Shown: positions 31,899 to 40,833 of the stretch, in pieces
Position numbering within the stretch: the first letter of the stretch is position 1
Layout of the letters: each line of letters begins with the position of its first letter
Virus record (IMG/VR): IMGVR_UViG_3300032246_001368
Location: 47,584-111,583 of that record
Length of the DNA: 64,000 bases
Origin: a virus
Strand: one strand, 5' to 3'
Notes under the pieces: model-generated
Database searches by the model: none
The model's input: only the letters and a program-made list of their open reading frames with translations
Told to the model about the DNA's origin: nothing
Translations under genes and position numbers: made by a program

Positions 31899-32286
31899 AC
31901 TCTCTAGTTTTAGGAATTATTCTAGAGAGGGGTAAGGACGAGTTGCTTGTTGGTATGTTAGTAGTCCTTATTCAAGTTAGGGGAGCCAAAAACCTATGGT
32001 AAGCTTTGATCCTAGCATATTGATTAAACACAAGCTGGACGGTTAGTATAGGCTCCACGCCCGAACGTCGTTAAGGAAAGAACAAAATCCGGAATAAAAT
32101 CTTTCAATACCAATAATTTCTTTAGTAATGCTACCATCGCACGTCTCAAGTCGTGTATAAGTCGGGTCGGACCGTAAAAATGCAGAGAGAATAAAGAGAA
32201 AAAGCAGCGCCCTGTGTAGGTTGCAAACTACCGAATGAGTTGGAGTAACCCCTCCCACCATGTAGTCCTCGACGGAGGAGCAGGGA
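31899..32286 (+). ncRNA. Unidentified structured RNA(s), elements 3-4
   Basis: Stems CTCTCTAG/CTAGAGAG, TAAGGAC/GTCCTTA, GGAGCC/GGCTCC, GCACG/CGTGT, and CCCTG/CAGGG enclosing three hairpins; no credible ORF. Confidence 0.5.
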
Positions 32287-32331
32287 CATTTTCTTATTGA
32301 ATTTCCAACAACAACATAATATAATATATAC

Positions 32332-32730
32332 ATGATTAGCACCACAATACCTTACGAATACAATGACGGCGGATTTAAAGACTCAGGCATTCAGGATACT
32401 AACAATTGTACTATCGTAGCGTTTGCTATTGTTACGGGTATGGAATATAGTACAGCAGACCAAATTGGCGTTAAGACCAAGAGAGTTCGTCGTCGAGGCC
32501 ATTGGCCAGAGAAGATGGTGAACTATTCTAAAAGGGTATATGGTCTTAGATTTAGGAAGTTTAAATTTGCTTCTATAACCTTACAGAAGTTCCTTAAGAA
32601 GTATCCCACCGGAAGGTATTATGTTGCTAATAAGGATCATTGCTTTGCTATCATTGATGGTGTGGTTCAAGACCATGCTATGCTGGTCAGACCCTTCCAG
32701 ATTATCAAGAACGCCTGGCAGATAATTTAA
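32332..32730 (+). CDS. Conserved phage protein (papain/C39-like Cys-His-Asp)
   Basis: NNCTIVAFAI ... HCFAIIDGVVQD. Confidence 0.55.
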   Translation: MISTTIPYEYNDGGFKDSGIQDTNNCTIVAFAIVTGMEYSTADQIGVKTKRVRRRGHWPEKMVNYSKRVYGLRFRKFKFASITLQKFLKKYPTGRYYVANKDHCFAIIDGVVQDHAMLVRPFQIIKNAWQII

Positions 32731-32731
32731 T

Positions 32732-33091
32732 ATGAGCCAGAATCTTAAATTATATTTTGTTAGGTTTATACCTAAGAAGGGTGGAGTAGGAGAATTCTAT
32801 AAATTTGGATACACACATCATTTTGACTTTATGAAGAGATTCCAAGAGGACAAATATAAAGATTGGTATATTAGTCCTATGACATCTGCATATGGTCCTG
32901 AGGATGAAGTATTAAAAGCTGAAAAAGAACTACTTAAAAAATATCCTAAGAACATTTACATTCAAGAAAAGATTAGCGGTGTGACAGAAATCTTTGTACC
33001 CAAAGACCAAAGAGAGATTCAAAACATATTTGCATATTTCAGTGCAAAAAGAAATGAGTGGTATGAAAAAAGAAAAGCAGATATTACTTGA
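32732..33091 (+). CDS. GIY-YIG/T5orf172-like nuclease-fold protein
   Basis: LYFVRF...FYKFGYT...RF...E...GVTEIF. Confidence 0.5.
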   Translation: MSQNLKLYFVRFIPKKGGVGEFYKFGYTHHFDFMKRFQEDKYKDWYISPMTSAYGPEDEVLKAEKELLKKYPKNIYIQEKISGVTEIFVPKDQREIQNIFAYFSAKRNEWYEKRKADIT

Positions 33092-33122
33092 TTTCCTATA
33101 ACAATTTACATATTATATATAC

Positions 33123-33599
33123 ATGAAAAAAATTGTAATCAATAAACAATTCGGCGGATTCGGATTATCCCCAGCGGGTCTTAAACGTTGGTGCGAACTC
33201 CAAGACAAAGAGTGTTACTTCTTTAAGAGGACAGATTTGAGTCCAGAAGGTTCGTATGAGCCCATTACAGAAGAAGAAGCTAGAGAACAAAAACTATTTT
33301 GGAGTGCCTTTAATGTTCCTAATCCAAATGAAGTACTGCCAGATCAATCCAATTTCTATGAAATGTCTTTAGAAGAAAGAGCATCTTCCAATGCAGAATA
33401 TGAGAAATACAGAGTAAGCGACAGAGACATACCTCGTGATGACAAGTATCTCATTCAAGTAGTTAATGAACTTAAAAAGAATGCTAATGGTTTTGCTGCA
33501 GATCTTAAAGTGGTTTCTATTCCAGATGATGTTGATTGGGTTATAGAAGATTATGACGGATCAGAACACATTGCCGAAGTCCATAGAACCTGGTGTTAA
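33123..33599 (+). CDS. Conserved phage protein (KIVIN..GGF.LS family), paralogue A
   Basis: Close paralogue of 34536-35000; ends IPDDVDW.I..YDG.E. Confidence 0.7.
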   Translation: MKKIVINKQFGGFGLSPAGLKRWCELQDKECYFFKRTDLSPEGSYEPITEEEAREQKLFWSAFNVPNPNEVLPDQSNFYEMSLEERASSNAEYEKYRVSDRDIPRDDKYLIQVVNELKKNANGFAADLKVVSIPDDVDWVIEDYDGSEHIAEVHRTWC

Positions 33600-33602
33600 A
33601 AA

Positions 33603-33848
33603 ATGAAAATCCTATTATCACTCTTGTTATTACCTTTTGTAGGTTGTACGACAGTATATAAAGTAGATGAGAAAGGTGTATGTAGAGCACCAAGTGGCCA
33701 GGTAGTTAATATTGAAGATATTGAGCCATGTTGCTTTGATAGGTCTTCAGAGTCTGTAGGAGACCCATCAACTTATACCAAGTCAACAATGACTGATATG
33801 AAGTATTGGTTGAGGACACAGGGTGGTTCAACAGCGTATGGTTGGTAA
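33603..33848 (+). CDS. Putative lipoprotein
   Basis: MKILLSLLLLPFVG-C lipobox. Confidence 0.55.
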   Translation: MKILLSLLLLPFVGCTTVYKVDEKGVCRAPSGQVVNIEDIEPCCFDRSSESVGDPSTYTKSTMTDMKYWLRTQGGSTAYGW

Positions 33849-33849
33849 T

Positions 33850-34086
33850 ATGAGCATTTTTATACCAAACACAGCTATACCAGCAAAAAAATACTTCTGC
33901 TTTAACTTGCTGAACAATAAGCTTGTTATTGGCTTTTGGGGTATTCCTGATGCTTTGTCTTTTAAATTTCCAAAGTTGACTACTTTTAATTGTACAGCCT
34001 ATTCAAAGTTTGGAATTAGATGGAAGAAGCTTTTATTTGAGATTGTTTGGAATAAAAGACATAATTCTCTTGACACCTCCTCCTAA
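33850..34086 (+). CDS. Hypothetical protein
   Basis: Ends inside promoter repeat (LDTSS*). Confidence 0.5.
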   Translation: MSIFIPNTAIPAKKYFCFNLLNNKLVIGFWGIPDALSFKFPKLTTFNCTAYSKFGIRWKKLLFEIVWNKRHNSLDTSS

Positions 34087-34104
34087 AGCATATAGAATAA
34101 GATT
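34070..34104 (+). repeat. Dispersed promoter-cassette repeat TTGACAC(C/T)TCCTCCTAAAGCATATAGAATAA (other copies at 34494, 36052, 36361, 61335, 63759; partial at 61126)
   Basis: Near-identical ~30-nt copies, each preceding an ATG. Confidence 0.85.
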
Positions 34105-34491
34105 ATGAAAACAAATAAGTTTGAGTTACTTAAGTCTCCTTTATTGCACTTTAAGTGGATAGGGTTTAAAGACATTATTACTACTAAAGTAGTGTTCAAT
34201 TGTTACTATATTAGGTATTCTAATTTTTTAACAATAGCACTTGGGCCTATAGAATTTGGTTTTAGAATGCCTTGGTTAAAATACAATATCTGGATAAAAG
34301 GATATGAAGCTGGATATAAAGATGGATGGGATTCTGGTGTAAAGGCTGAGTGGATAATTGTTAAAGATCTAGAGGAAGTAGAAAAACAAAAAGTTAAAGG
34401 TGCAGATAGAGAGCTGGAAATGAGACTTGAAATTAAAAAGCAATTAGCTAATGCACAATGCACTATTGTTGATACTAGAGAGTTTAAATAA
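34105..34491 (+). CDS. Hypothetical protein
   Basis: Flanked by promoter repeats. Confidence 0.6.
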   Translation: MKTNKFELLKSPLLHFKWIGFKDIITTKVVFNCYYIRYSNFLTIALGPIEFGFRMPWLKYNIWIKGYEAGYKDGWDSGVKAEWIIVKDLEEVEKQKVKGADRELEMRLEIKKQLANAQCTIVDTREFK

Positions 34492-34535
34492 GCTTGACAC
34501 CTCCTCCTAAAGCATATAGAATAAGGTTATAAATA

Positions 34536-35000
34536 ATGAAAATTGTAATTAATAAATGTCATGGTGGATTTGAACTGTCACCTGTTGGTCTTAAAAGATA
34601 TACAGAACTGAAAGGTATTAAATGCTTCTTCTTTGGTATGAACATTAAAGATAATGAATACATTCCTTTAACTATTGAGGAAGCATCAGAAACATCATTT
34701 TGGACAGCTTTTAGTGTTCCTAATCCAGAAAAAGTTTTACCAGACCAATCTAAGTTTTTTCAGTTGTCACTGGAAGAGAGAAAGGCATCTAATAGGCTGT
34801 ATGACAAATACAGTATTAGTAAAGGAAATATTAAAAGGAATGATCTTTATCTCATTATGGTTGTTGAAGAGTTGGGTGAAAAGGCCAATGGGAGGCATTG
34901 TGAACTGAAAATTGTTGAAATACCAGATGATGTTGATTGGGAGATTACTGAATATGATGGTTTAGAACAAATCTCTGAGAAACACAGAATATGGAAATAA
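34536..35000 (+). CDS. Conserved phage protein, paralogue B of 33123-33599
   Basis: MKIVINKCHGGFELS ... IPDDVDWEITEYDGLE. Confidence 0.7.
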   Translation: MKIVINKCHGGFELSPVGLKRYTELKGIKCFFFGMNIKDNEYIPLTIEEASETSFWTAFSVPNPEKVLPDQSKFFQLSLEERKASNRLYDKYSISKGNIKRNDLYLIMVVEELGEKANGRHCELKIVEIPDDVDWEITEYDGLEQISEKHRIWK

Positions 35001-35004
35001 GATT

Positions 35005-35463
35005 ATGAACACAGAAGAATTTAACAAAGCAATTAAACCATTATCAGATAAATGGACAGATGATTTAGTCAAAGATGGATTAATCTATAAAAGCAAAACT
35101 CCTAGAACAGATGAAGCTGAACCTAAAATACAATTTATTAAAGGTGGTTGGGTTAGATCAGATTTTGCAAGAGAACTGGAACTTGAATTAAATGCTCTTA
35201 AAAAAGAACTAGATAACTCAAAGTTTGGTTCTCAATGTAGTGTTCATGAACTTGAATATGATAGAAAGACTCTTATAAAGGAAAATGAAGTACTTTGGTC
35301 TAGACTTGATAAAGAGATGGAAGCAGAGCAATTACTCGGAGCAGTAATTCAGATTGCAGAAGATCTGATTGAAGCATGTGGAACAGTTGAACCCTATAAA
35401 TTCGCACAAAAAAAGAAATCACAACTCGACCAGATAAAAGCAACCCTAAAAAATGTAGAATAA
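35005..35463 (+). CDS. Coiled-coil hypothetical protein (TPRTD ... FARELE motif)
   Basis: Recurrent phage motif. Confidence 0.55.
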   Translation: MNTEEFNKAIKPLSDKWTDDLVKDGLIYKSKTPRTDEAEPKIQFIKGGWVRSDFARELELELNALKKELDNSKFGSQCSVHELEYDRKTLIKENEVLWSRLDKEMEAEQLLGAVIQIAEDLIEACGTVEPYKFAQKKKSQLDQIKATLKNVE

Positions 35464-35645
35464 GATTATGAATGATAAAGAATCAGTCTATGTGACAATT
35501 AAATTTACTGAAAGTAAACCACTCAAAATTATGAAATTTCTTTTAAAGGGAATATTTGAAGTCTTTAAAGGAATTGGGTTAATTTTTACATATAATTCAA
35601 AATAATTTTCTTGCATTGTCCTAAAATTTCTAATATACTGATAGT

Positions 35646-36050
35646 ATGAAAATTAAAGCTGTAATCAACTACCCACTTATCACCGAAGATTCAAAGGGAA
35701 ATGTAGTCTATCGCAAGGACTCAAATGGGTTTGAAATTTGGCAGGAATATGATGAGAATAATAATAGAATTCATCGCAAGGACTCAAATGGGTTTGAAAT
35801 TTGGTATGAATATGATGAGAATCATAATATAATTTATCGCAAGGACTCAAATGGGTTTGAAATTTGGCAGGAATATGATGAGAATCATAATATAATTTAT
35901 CGCAAGGACTCTGAAGGATTTGAAGATTGGACTTGGTATGATTCAGAAGGATATAAAATTCCTAATCCGAACCTAGTAACAGAAGTCACTTTTGATGACA
36001 TTGCTAAGAAGTTTGGTGTTGATGTAAAAAATTTGAAGATTAAGAAGTAG
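35646..36050 (+). CDS. Protein with 21-aa YD-like tandem repeats
   Basis: RKDSNGFEIW(Q/Y)EYDEN x3-4 (63-nt unit); C-terminal VTFDDIAKKFG. Confidence 0.7.
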   Translation: MKIKAVINYPLITEDSKGNVVYRKDSNGFEIWQEYDENNNRIHRKDSNGFEIWYEYDENHNIIYRKDSNGFEIWQEYDENHNIIYRKDSEGFEDWTWYDSEGYKIPNPNLVTEVTFDDIAKKFGVDVKNLKIKK

Positions 36051-36089
36051 CTTGACACCTCCTCCTAAAGCATATAGAATACATAAATC

Positions 36090-36359
36090 ATGAAAAGAAA
36101 AATAGTATATAGAATTGCAGAACTTGGTGGGTATTATTATCCACAACAAAAACTTAACCAAGGATTATTTAATAAATGGGAATGTATGTTCAGAAGCATA
36201 CCAGAATTTTATTTGCCTAGTGGTGATAATGTATTACCAGTTATAAAATTTAAGACTGAAAAAGAAGCTATGGACTTTATTATAATTCTTAAAGATGGTG
36301 AAGATGAAATTCTAAATGTTGTTTGGACTGATTGTACTTGTGATTCTTGTAAAGAATAG
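36090..36359 (+). CDS. Hypothetical protein
   Basis: Between two promoter repeats. Confidence 0.6.
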   Translation: MKRKIVYRIAELGGYYYPQQKLNQGLFNKWECMFRSIPEFYLPSGDNVLPVIKFKTEKEAMDFIIILKDGEDEILNVVWTDCTCDSCKE

Positions 36360-36395
36360 CTTGACACCTCCTCCTAAAGCATATATAATAGACTT

Positions 36396-36608
36396 ATGAA
36401 TAAAAAAGCTATCGCCGAACATTTTCTCAACCCCAACCAACCCAACCCCATACCTATGCCTCCTACATCCTTTCCTATTGCTAAAGCCACAGCCTTGAAT
36501 CTTTTCAAAGTATTTGGTTATACATACACAATCTTCTGTGTAATCTATGTCACTCTTTCTATATTATTCTCTACTGCCTATCAGATCGGTAAATTCTTTA
36601 GCCATTAA
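36396..36608 (+). CDS. Small membrane protein
   Basis: ATG 35 nt after repeat TTGACA; one hydrophobic segment. Confidence 0.55.
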   Translation: MNKKAIAEHFLNPNQPNPIPMPPTSFPIAKATALNLFKVFGYTYTIFCVIYVTLSILFSTAYQIGKFFSH

Positions 36609-36798
36609 TTGTGACCCGACGAGAATTTAAAAAGAAACATAATGCTCTGACCAAAGAGCTACAAAAGATGCTTGATGGTATTATAAAAGCCAACGAGCAT
36701 ATTAACAATCTCAGGCATCACGAGAATCTTATCCTAAATAAGATAAGAGAATTAGAGGATACCTATTATAAATAATTTTATAACTCCTTACAAATCAT

Positions 36799-37044
36799 AT
36801 GAATACAAATCACAAACTATTTAAACGACCCGCTGTTGGCATTAGTAAAAAGTGTTACAAGATCCTAGACGAAGGTATGGTGGCTCTACAAGGCAACTGC
36901 CCGTTGACCCTGTTACATCGTAAGTTCCTACTGCATAACCTGATTAATAAATCTTATCAACTTGGTTATGAAAGAGCACTCAAGAAGTATAAGATCAAAC
37001 AAGAGACCGTCTGGAGTCGTATCCTCAGGTACTTTTCTTTCTAA
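36799..37044 (+). CDS. Hypothetical protein
   Basis: ORF in + strand run. Confidence 0.5.
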   Translation: MNTNHKLFKRPAVGISKKCYKILDEGMVALQGNCPLTLLHRKFLLHNLINKSYQLGYERALKKYKIKQETVWSRILRYFSF

Positions 37045-37093
37045 TATCCCTTATTAGAGGGAGGTTCCCTTCCAAAGCCTTTATAATAAGAAC

Positions 37094-37513
37094 ATGAACA
37101 ATGAATTAGAAATGATTATTGCGGCTCGGGACCTAGCATTTGAGTCGCATAAGGGACAGTTTAGAAGGGACGGTAAGACTCCTTATTTCAATCATGTGGC
37201 GGCGGTATCTCTTATGGTTGATCCTAACAACCCAGATAATGTTACCACGGCCTTCCTCCATGACATCTTGGAAGATACCCCTTTGTCCTCTAAGACCCTG
37301 AGCGACATGGGATTCCCAGACCGTATTGTAGAGGCCGTATTGCTTCTCACCCGGTTCGATCATGATCCTTATATGGACTATCTTAAGGGTATTAAGGCCA
37401 ATCCTATTGCCCGTGCCGTTAAGATTGCCGACATGAAACACAATCTCAGCTGTGATCCTACCGTCAAACAAAAGGAAAAGTATGCCAAAGGCCTCGAATA
37501 TCTCCAGTCCTAA
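37094..37513 (+). CDS. HD-domain (p)ppGpp hydrolase-like protein (small alarmone hydrolase/Mesh1-like)
   Basis: HKGQFRRDGKTPYFNH, LHDILEDT, VKIADMKHN. Confidence 0.8.
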   Translation: MNNELEMIIAARDLAFESHKGQFRRDGKTPYFNHVAAVSLMVDPNNPDNVTTAFLHDILEDTPLSSKTLSDMGFPDRIVEAVLLLTRFDHDPYMDYLKGIKANPIARAVKIADMKHNLSCDPTVKQKEKYAKGLEYLQS

Positions 37514-38036
37514 GAAGACCCTAAGAGACTACGAAGAGCTCTTTCAACCCGATTATACCCCAAAGGACCTAGAGTCTCTTGGGGTATTTGATGAGCTCTA
37601 CTATAGGACCAAACCTAGACTGGCCAGCTGGGGACACTGGAAACCTGAATGGCTCCATCCTGAAGACAAGTATGGATTCCTCGAATGGTATACCAAGTAC
37701 TACTATGGTAGGCGAATGGCAGACGATGAAAGACAGCTAAAGCGTTGGTACGGATATAAGGTAAGAGCCAGCGGACTCCTGAGATATAAGCCTACTCCCC
37801 GAAGCGCCTTTGCTCTAAGAAACTGGGCCATCAATCCCCTGCTCCAATTACCTAATATCCAAGATCGCGATATATTACATGCCAAGATGGAAGCCTATAA
37901 GGCAGAGATCTATAGTACCATAAAGCCCGACAGAGACTATCAGTACGACTTTAAACTCCATGGCTTCAATGTAGACAGAATAAGAATGCAGTATGAGAAG
38001 CCCTTCGATTCCTATATGAACAAGGTATCTTCCTAA
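37482..38036 (+). CDS. Conserved protein of unknown function (D.YG..EWY..YY.GRR..DDERQ..RW family)
   Basis: Motif recognised from large DNA viruses and some bacteria. Confidence 0.55.
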   Translation: MPKASNISSPKKTLRDYEELFQPDYTPKDLESLGVFDELYYRTKPRLASWGHWKPEWLHPEDKYGFLEWYTKYYYGRRMADDERQLKRWYGYKVRASGLLRYKPTPRSAFALRNWAINPLLQLPNIQDRDILHAKMEAYKAEIYSTIKPDRDYQYDFKLHGFNVDRIRMQYEKPFDSYMNKVSS

Positions 38037-38338
38037 GTATTTTTATATCATGGAAACCCCCGACCTCTATAAGCTAGTAGAAACATTAAGAAAGAACAAC
38101 AAGACCGATCAATATATAATAGAAGTATTGGTTAGTATCATCAAACAGTATATGACGGCCGGGGGATCTTTATCAGATATTATCAACTACCAATTCTATA
38201 TGGCTAATAAAGAATCAAGGTAATATAAAGATAGTTAATAGTAATAATTTAATAGCACACCCCGATTTAATACAACATGATGTTCTATTAACGCGTTTTT
38301 ATTATCAAACCTCAGTAGAAATACCCCCTTTTATTAAC

Positions 38339-38393
38339 AAAAAGTTATTAAAAATAAAGAAAAAGTTATTAAAAATAAAGAAAAAGTTATTAA
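38339..38393. repeat. 21-bp tandem repeat AAAAAGTTATTAAAAATAAAG (about 2.6 copies)
   Basis: Direct reading; lies in a long A-rich intergenic region. Confidence 0.85.
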
Positions 38394-38803
38394 TTCCCGG
38401 GAACTAATATTAGTAACAATATAGTATATATAAGAAGAAAACATATATAGAACTACTGTATTGTAGAATACAATATAGTTAATAACATACTTTATATAGA
38501 GAGAATAAAGAAAATACATAGATAATCTCTATAGAACAACTCTTTAATAGGCCTTTATAATACCTTAGGGAGAACAAAGGAATCAGAAACAAGGGAAAGT
38601 AATAAGAAGACTATATAAAGGATCTAATAAGGTCTAAAGGGGTATAATAAGAATCCTAAGGAATAAAGGGTTAATAAAGTGTATAAACCTTCCGCCCCCC
38701 AATTTTTCCCACAGACCAAATTAATTTTATAGGAATTTTTGGGAAAGGGCAAGCAAAAAAGCAGGATATTAGGGAACACCCACCCAGCACAGGGGGTATT
38801 CAG

Positions 38804-38887
38804 TAACGACCGGTTGTTAACTTTTTAACGACCGGTCCATATCTTTTTTAACGACCGGTTGTTAACTTTTTTAATGACCGGTCGGTA
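38804..38887. repeat. Four phased TAA(C/T)GACCGGT sites (22-23 bp period)
   Basis: Copies at 38804, 38826, 38849, 38872. Confidence 0.85.
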
Positions 38888-39109
38888 TAGAACGCGCATA
38901 CCTATATACTAATATACCCCCTGAGGAAACTCACGCCAAAAATTGAGGCTTGACCTTTCCAGAGAATTCCTATATACTTCCCTGGGTGCAGCCGGCATTT
39001 GGGGTCCAGTTCAATTATATAGGATAATAGGGGAAAGGTCCCGCCTCAAAGGCGCTAGGAATCAGAGCAGCCTCGGTGGCTTGCGTATCAGTCATACGCT
39101 CCATTTTTA

Positions 39110-39697
39110 TTATACTTTTAGTATAGAGGAATTAGAGGGAAAGGTCCCGCCCTTTTTACAATTATCTTCGCCCCAAAGAGGTTGTAGGTTAGTATAATGG
39201 AAACACTCTTTCTTTTGGGACTCTTCAAATAGATTAAACATACAACAAGGCTTGATATGATCTACATGCCACACCCCATAGTTATCCCAAGACATACCCT
39301 CTGTGAATTGTGACTCTAGGTGTTTCTTTAAAAAGGATAGGGAACAACCCACTAGGTCCTCGGTTCTAAGGGTGTTTGATTTCTGTTTAATAACCTGTCT
39401 CAGACGATGTCTAAGGCCCTTTCTAAGTCTATAGGTTATATTGGTTTTATTTAATTCCCTTTCTTTCTCTTTAACATAGGGTCTATTGCGGTAAGCTTTT
39501 CTATATCCCTTACGGTTAGGGGATCGTTCTCTTTGGTATTCTCTTAGTTTCTCCTTATTATTCTTTTCATAGAGGGAATGATAGGATTTCTTACACACCT
39601 TACACTTACTCATATAGCCGGTTACATTTCTTCTGTCTTTAAAAAATTCTTCCACCGGCTTTTCTGTCTGGCAATTACCACAAAATTTTGTTATCAT
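39110..39697 (-). CDS. HNH homing endonuclease
   Basis: HLESQFTEGMSWDNYGVWHVDHIKP ... CFHYTNLQPLW..DN; N-terminal Zn finger; TAAGTA upstream. Confidence 0.85.
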   Translation of the reverse strand: MITKFCGNCQTEKPVEEFFKDRRNVTGYMSKCKVCKKSYHSLYEKNNKEKLREYQRERSPNRKGYRKAYRNRPYVKEKERELNKTNITYRLRKGLRHRLRQVIKQKSNTLRTEDLVGCSLSFLKKHLESQFTEGMSWDNYGVWHVDHIKPCCMFNLFEESQKKECFHYTNLQPLWGEDNCKKGGTFPSNSSILKV

Positions 39698-39906
39698 AAT
39701 AGTACTTATCCCCAACCCTCATTTAATCAAGACAAGTGCCAGTCCCCTACCCTCGGGGTTCTATCCCCTGTTAGCCCTGAGTCACGATCGAGGCTCTCGT
39801 TGTTTTGATTATGTATATAGTATATCTGATTATGGGGGAAACCTCCAGCCTATAGCTTTCCCAGAATCTTCTTTTCTTTTCCCACAATCGCTATTATAAT
39901 AAGGGC

Positions 39907-40116
39907 ATGAAAAACAAAAACACACCTATTGAAGGTTCTATCATGGAAGGCGTCTCTGTTCGTACTGGTGTTCACAAGTATGATGATAAGAATAGGACGG
40001 TAGTAGAATTGACCTTTAATAGTTACAATTGTTCCTATGTTCAAGTTATTGACCTAGTAACCGCGGCGAGTCTTATTAAACAGCTTAGGGAACAAGGTAT
40101 TAGCCAGGCTGATTAG
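39907..40116 (+). CDS. Small early-type hypothetical protein
   Basis: TTTCCC box + TATAAT, leaderless ATG. Confidence 0.6.
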   Translation: MKNKNTPIEGSIMEGVSVRTGVHKYDDKNRTVVELTFNSYNCSYVQVIDLVTAASLIKQLREQGISQAD

Positions 40117-40153
40117 TCTTGAGATTACCCCCAATAACCTATATACTAATAGT

Positions 40154-40327
40154 ATGAACAATAAGAACACCGTAAAGGATATCGTCGATCATCTGGAGTC
40201 CAAGGATATGTCCAAGGACTTCATCATTGGAACCCTGATGGCCATGCTCGATGGTCTCACCTATGAGTATAGTGGGACCGCGCAGCAGACCATCGATAGT
40301 TACATCAACCGCTACGTCAACAACTAA
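40154..40327 (+). CDS. Small early-type hypothetical protein (57 aa, not in ORF track)
   Basis: ATG 35 nt after TTGAGA; MNNKNTVKDIVDHLE... Confidence 0.6.
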   Translation: MNNKNTVKDIVDHLESKDMSKDFIIGTLMAMLDGLTYEYSGTAQQTIDSYINRYVNN

Positions 40328-40333
40328 TAGGGA

Positions 40334-40369
40334 TTGACCTTTCCCCCTAAACCCTAGATAATAATAACA
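40334..40369 (+). promoter_or_regulatory. Representative leaderless sigma70-like promoter with TTTCC(C) box (about 25 copies in window)
   Basis: TTGACCTTTCCCC...GATAAT...ATG; similar at 32297, 33088, 40119, 40799, 41287, 42068, 42617, 42998, 43178, 45466, 46467, 46826, 47244, 48371. Confidence 0.8.
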
Positions 40370-40795
40370 ATGAAAAACACCACCTCGTTTGATCTCGACA
40401 CCATCTCCTCTTACGATAGCCTCCAGAAGGCTGCTAGGGCTCGTTGTAAACATACTAGCAGGGAGGGCAATGTAGGCCTTACCTTCTCTATCTTTGAAAG
40501 CGCTTATGGTTGTCCTATTAAGGGAGACTGGGTAGTTCGCCATCCTGATATCTTTGATGAGGGAGCGGTATTCGAAGGCAAGTGTGTCTTTGTTACCGAT
40601 TACTGGAGGGTATCTGAGAATGAGGTATTCAGCGAGCCTATGGAGAATCCTACCTGGAGCGATATCATTAGCGAATGTAATCGCCAGCTCATTGATCCAG
40701 AGGACGGTAGTACCGCTTGCCTCTTCCTTGAAGGCTTCTATGAGCTCGAGCCTAAAGACGGATGCCGAGTATTTGATATCTGTTGGGGCTCTTAA
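40370..40795 (+). CDS. Early-type hypothetical protein
   Basis: Own promoter; ENPTWSDI ... FLEGF ... WGS motif. Confidence 0.65.
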   Translation: MKNTTSFDLDTISSYDSLQKAARARCKHTSREGNVGLTFSIFESAYGCPIKGDWVVRHPDIFDEGAVFEGKCVFVTDYWRVSENEVFSEPMENPTWSDIISECNRQLIDPEDGSTACLFLEGFYELEPKDGCRVFDICWGS

Positions 40796-40833
40796 GAGTT
40801 GATCTTTCCCCCATAATCCATTATACTAATAGT

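Noticed and set aside
32070-32100. AACAAAATCCGGAATA resembling the RNase P RNA 3' conserved region
   Set aside because: No matching GAGGAAAGTCC 5' strand for P4 was found upstream.
32043-32345. Minus-strand 100-aa ORF, and similar shadow ORFs (193-717, 19543-19941, 26096-26635, 58625-58969, 59386-59979, 60506-61084)
   Set aside because: Antisense to structured RNAs or well-supported genes, with no promoter or motif support.
35712-35930. 63-nt periodic repeats resembling a CRISPR array
   Set aside because: Units are in-frame coding repeats with near-identical intervening sequence; no unique spacers and no cas genes.
38804-38887. Mini-CRISPR interpretation of the GACCGGT array
   Set aside because: Period is only 22-23 bp and the spacers are themselves repeated T-tracts.
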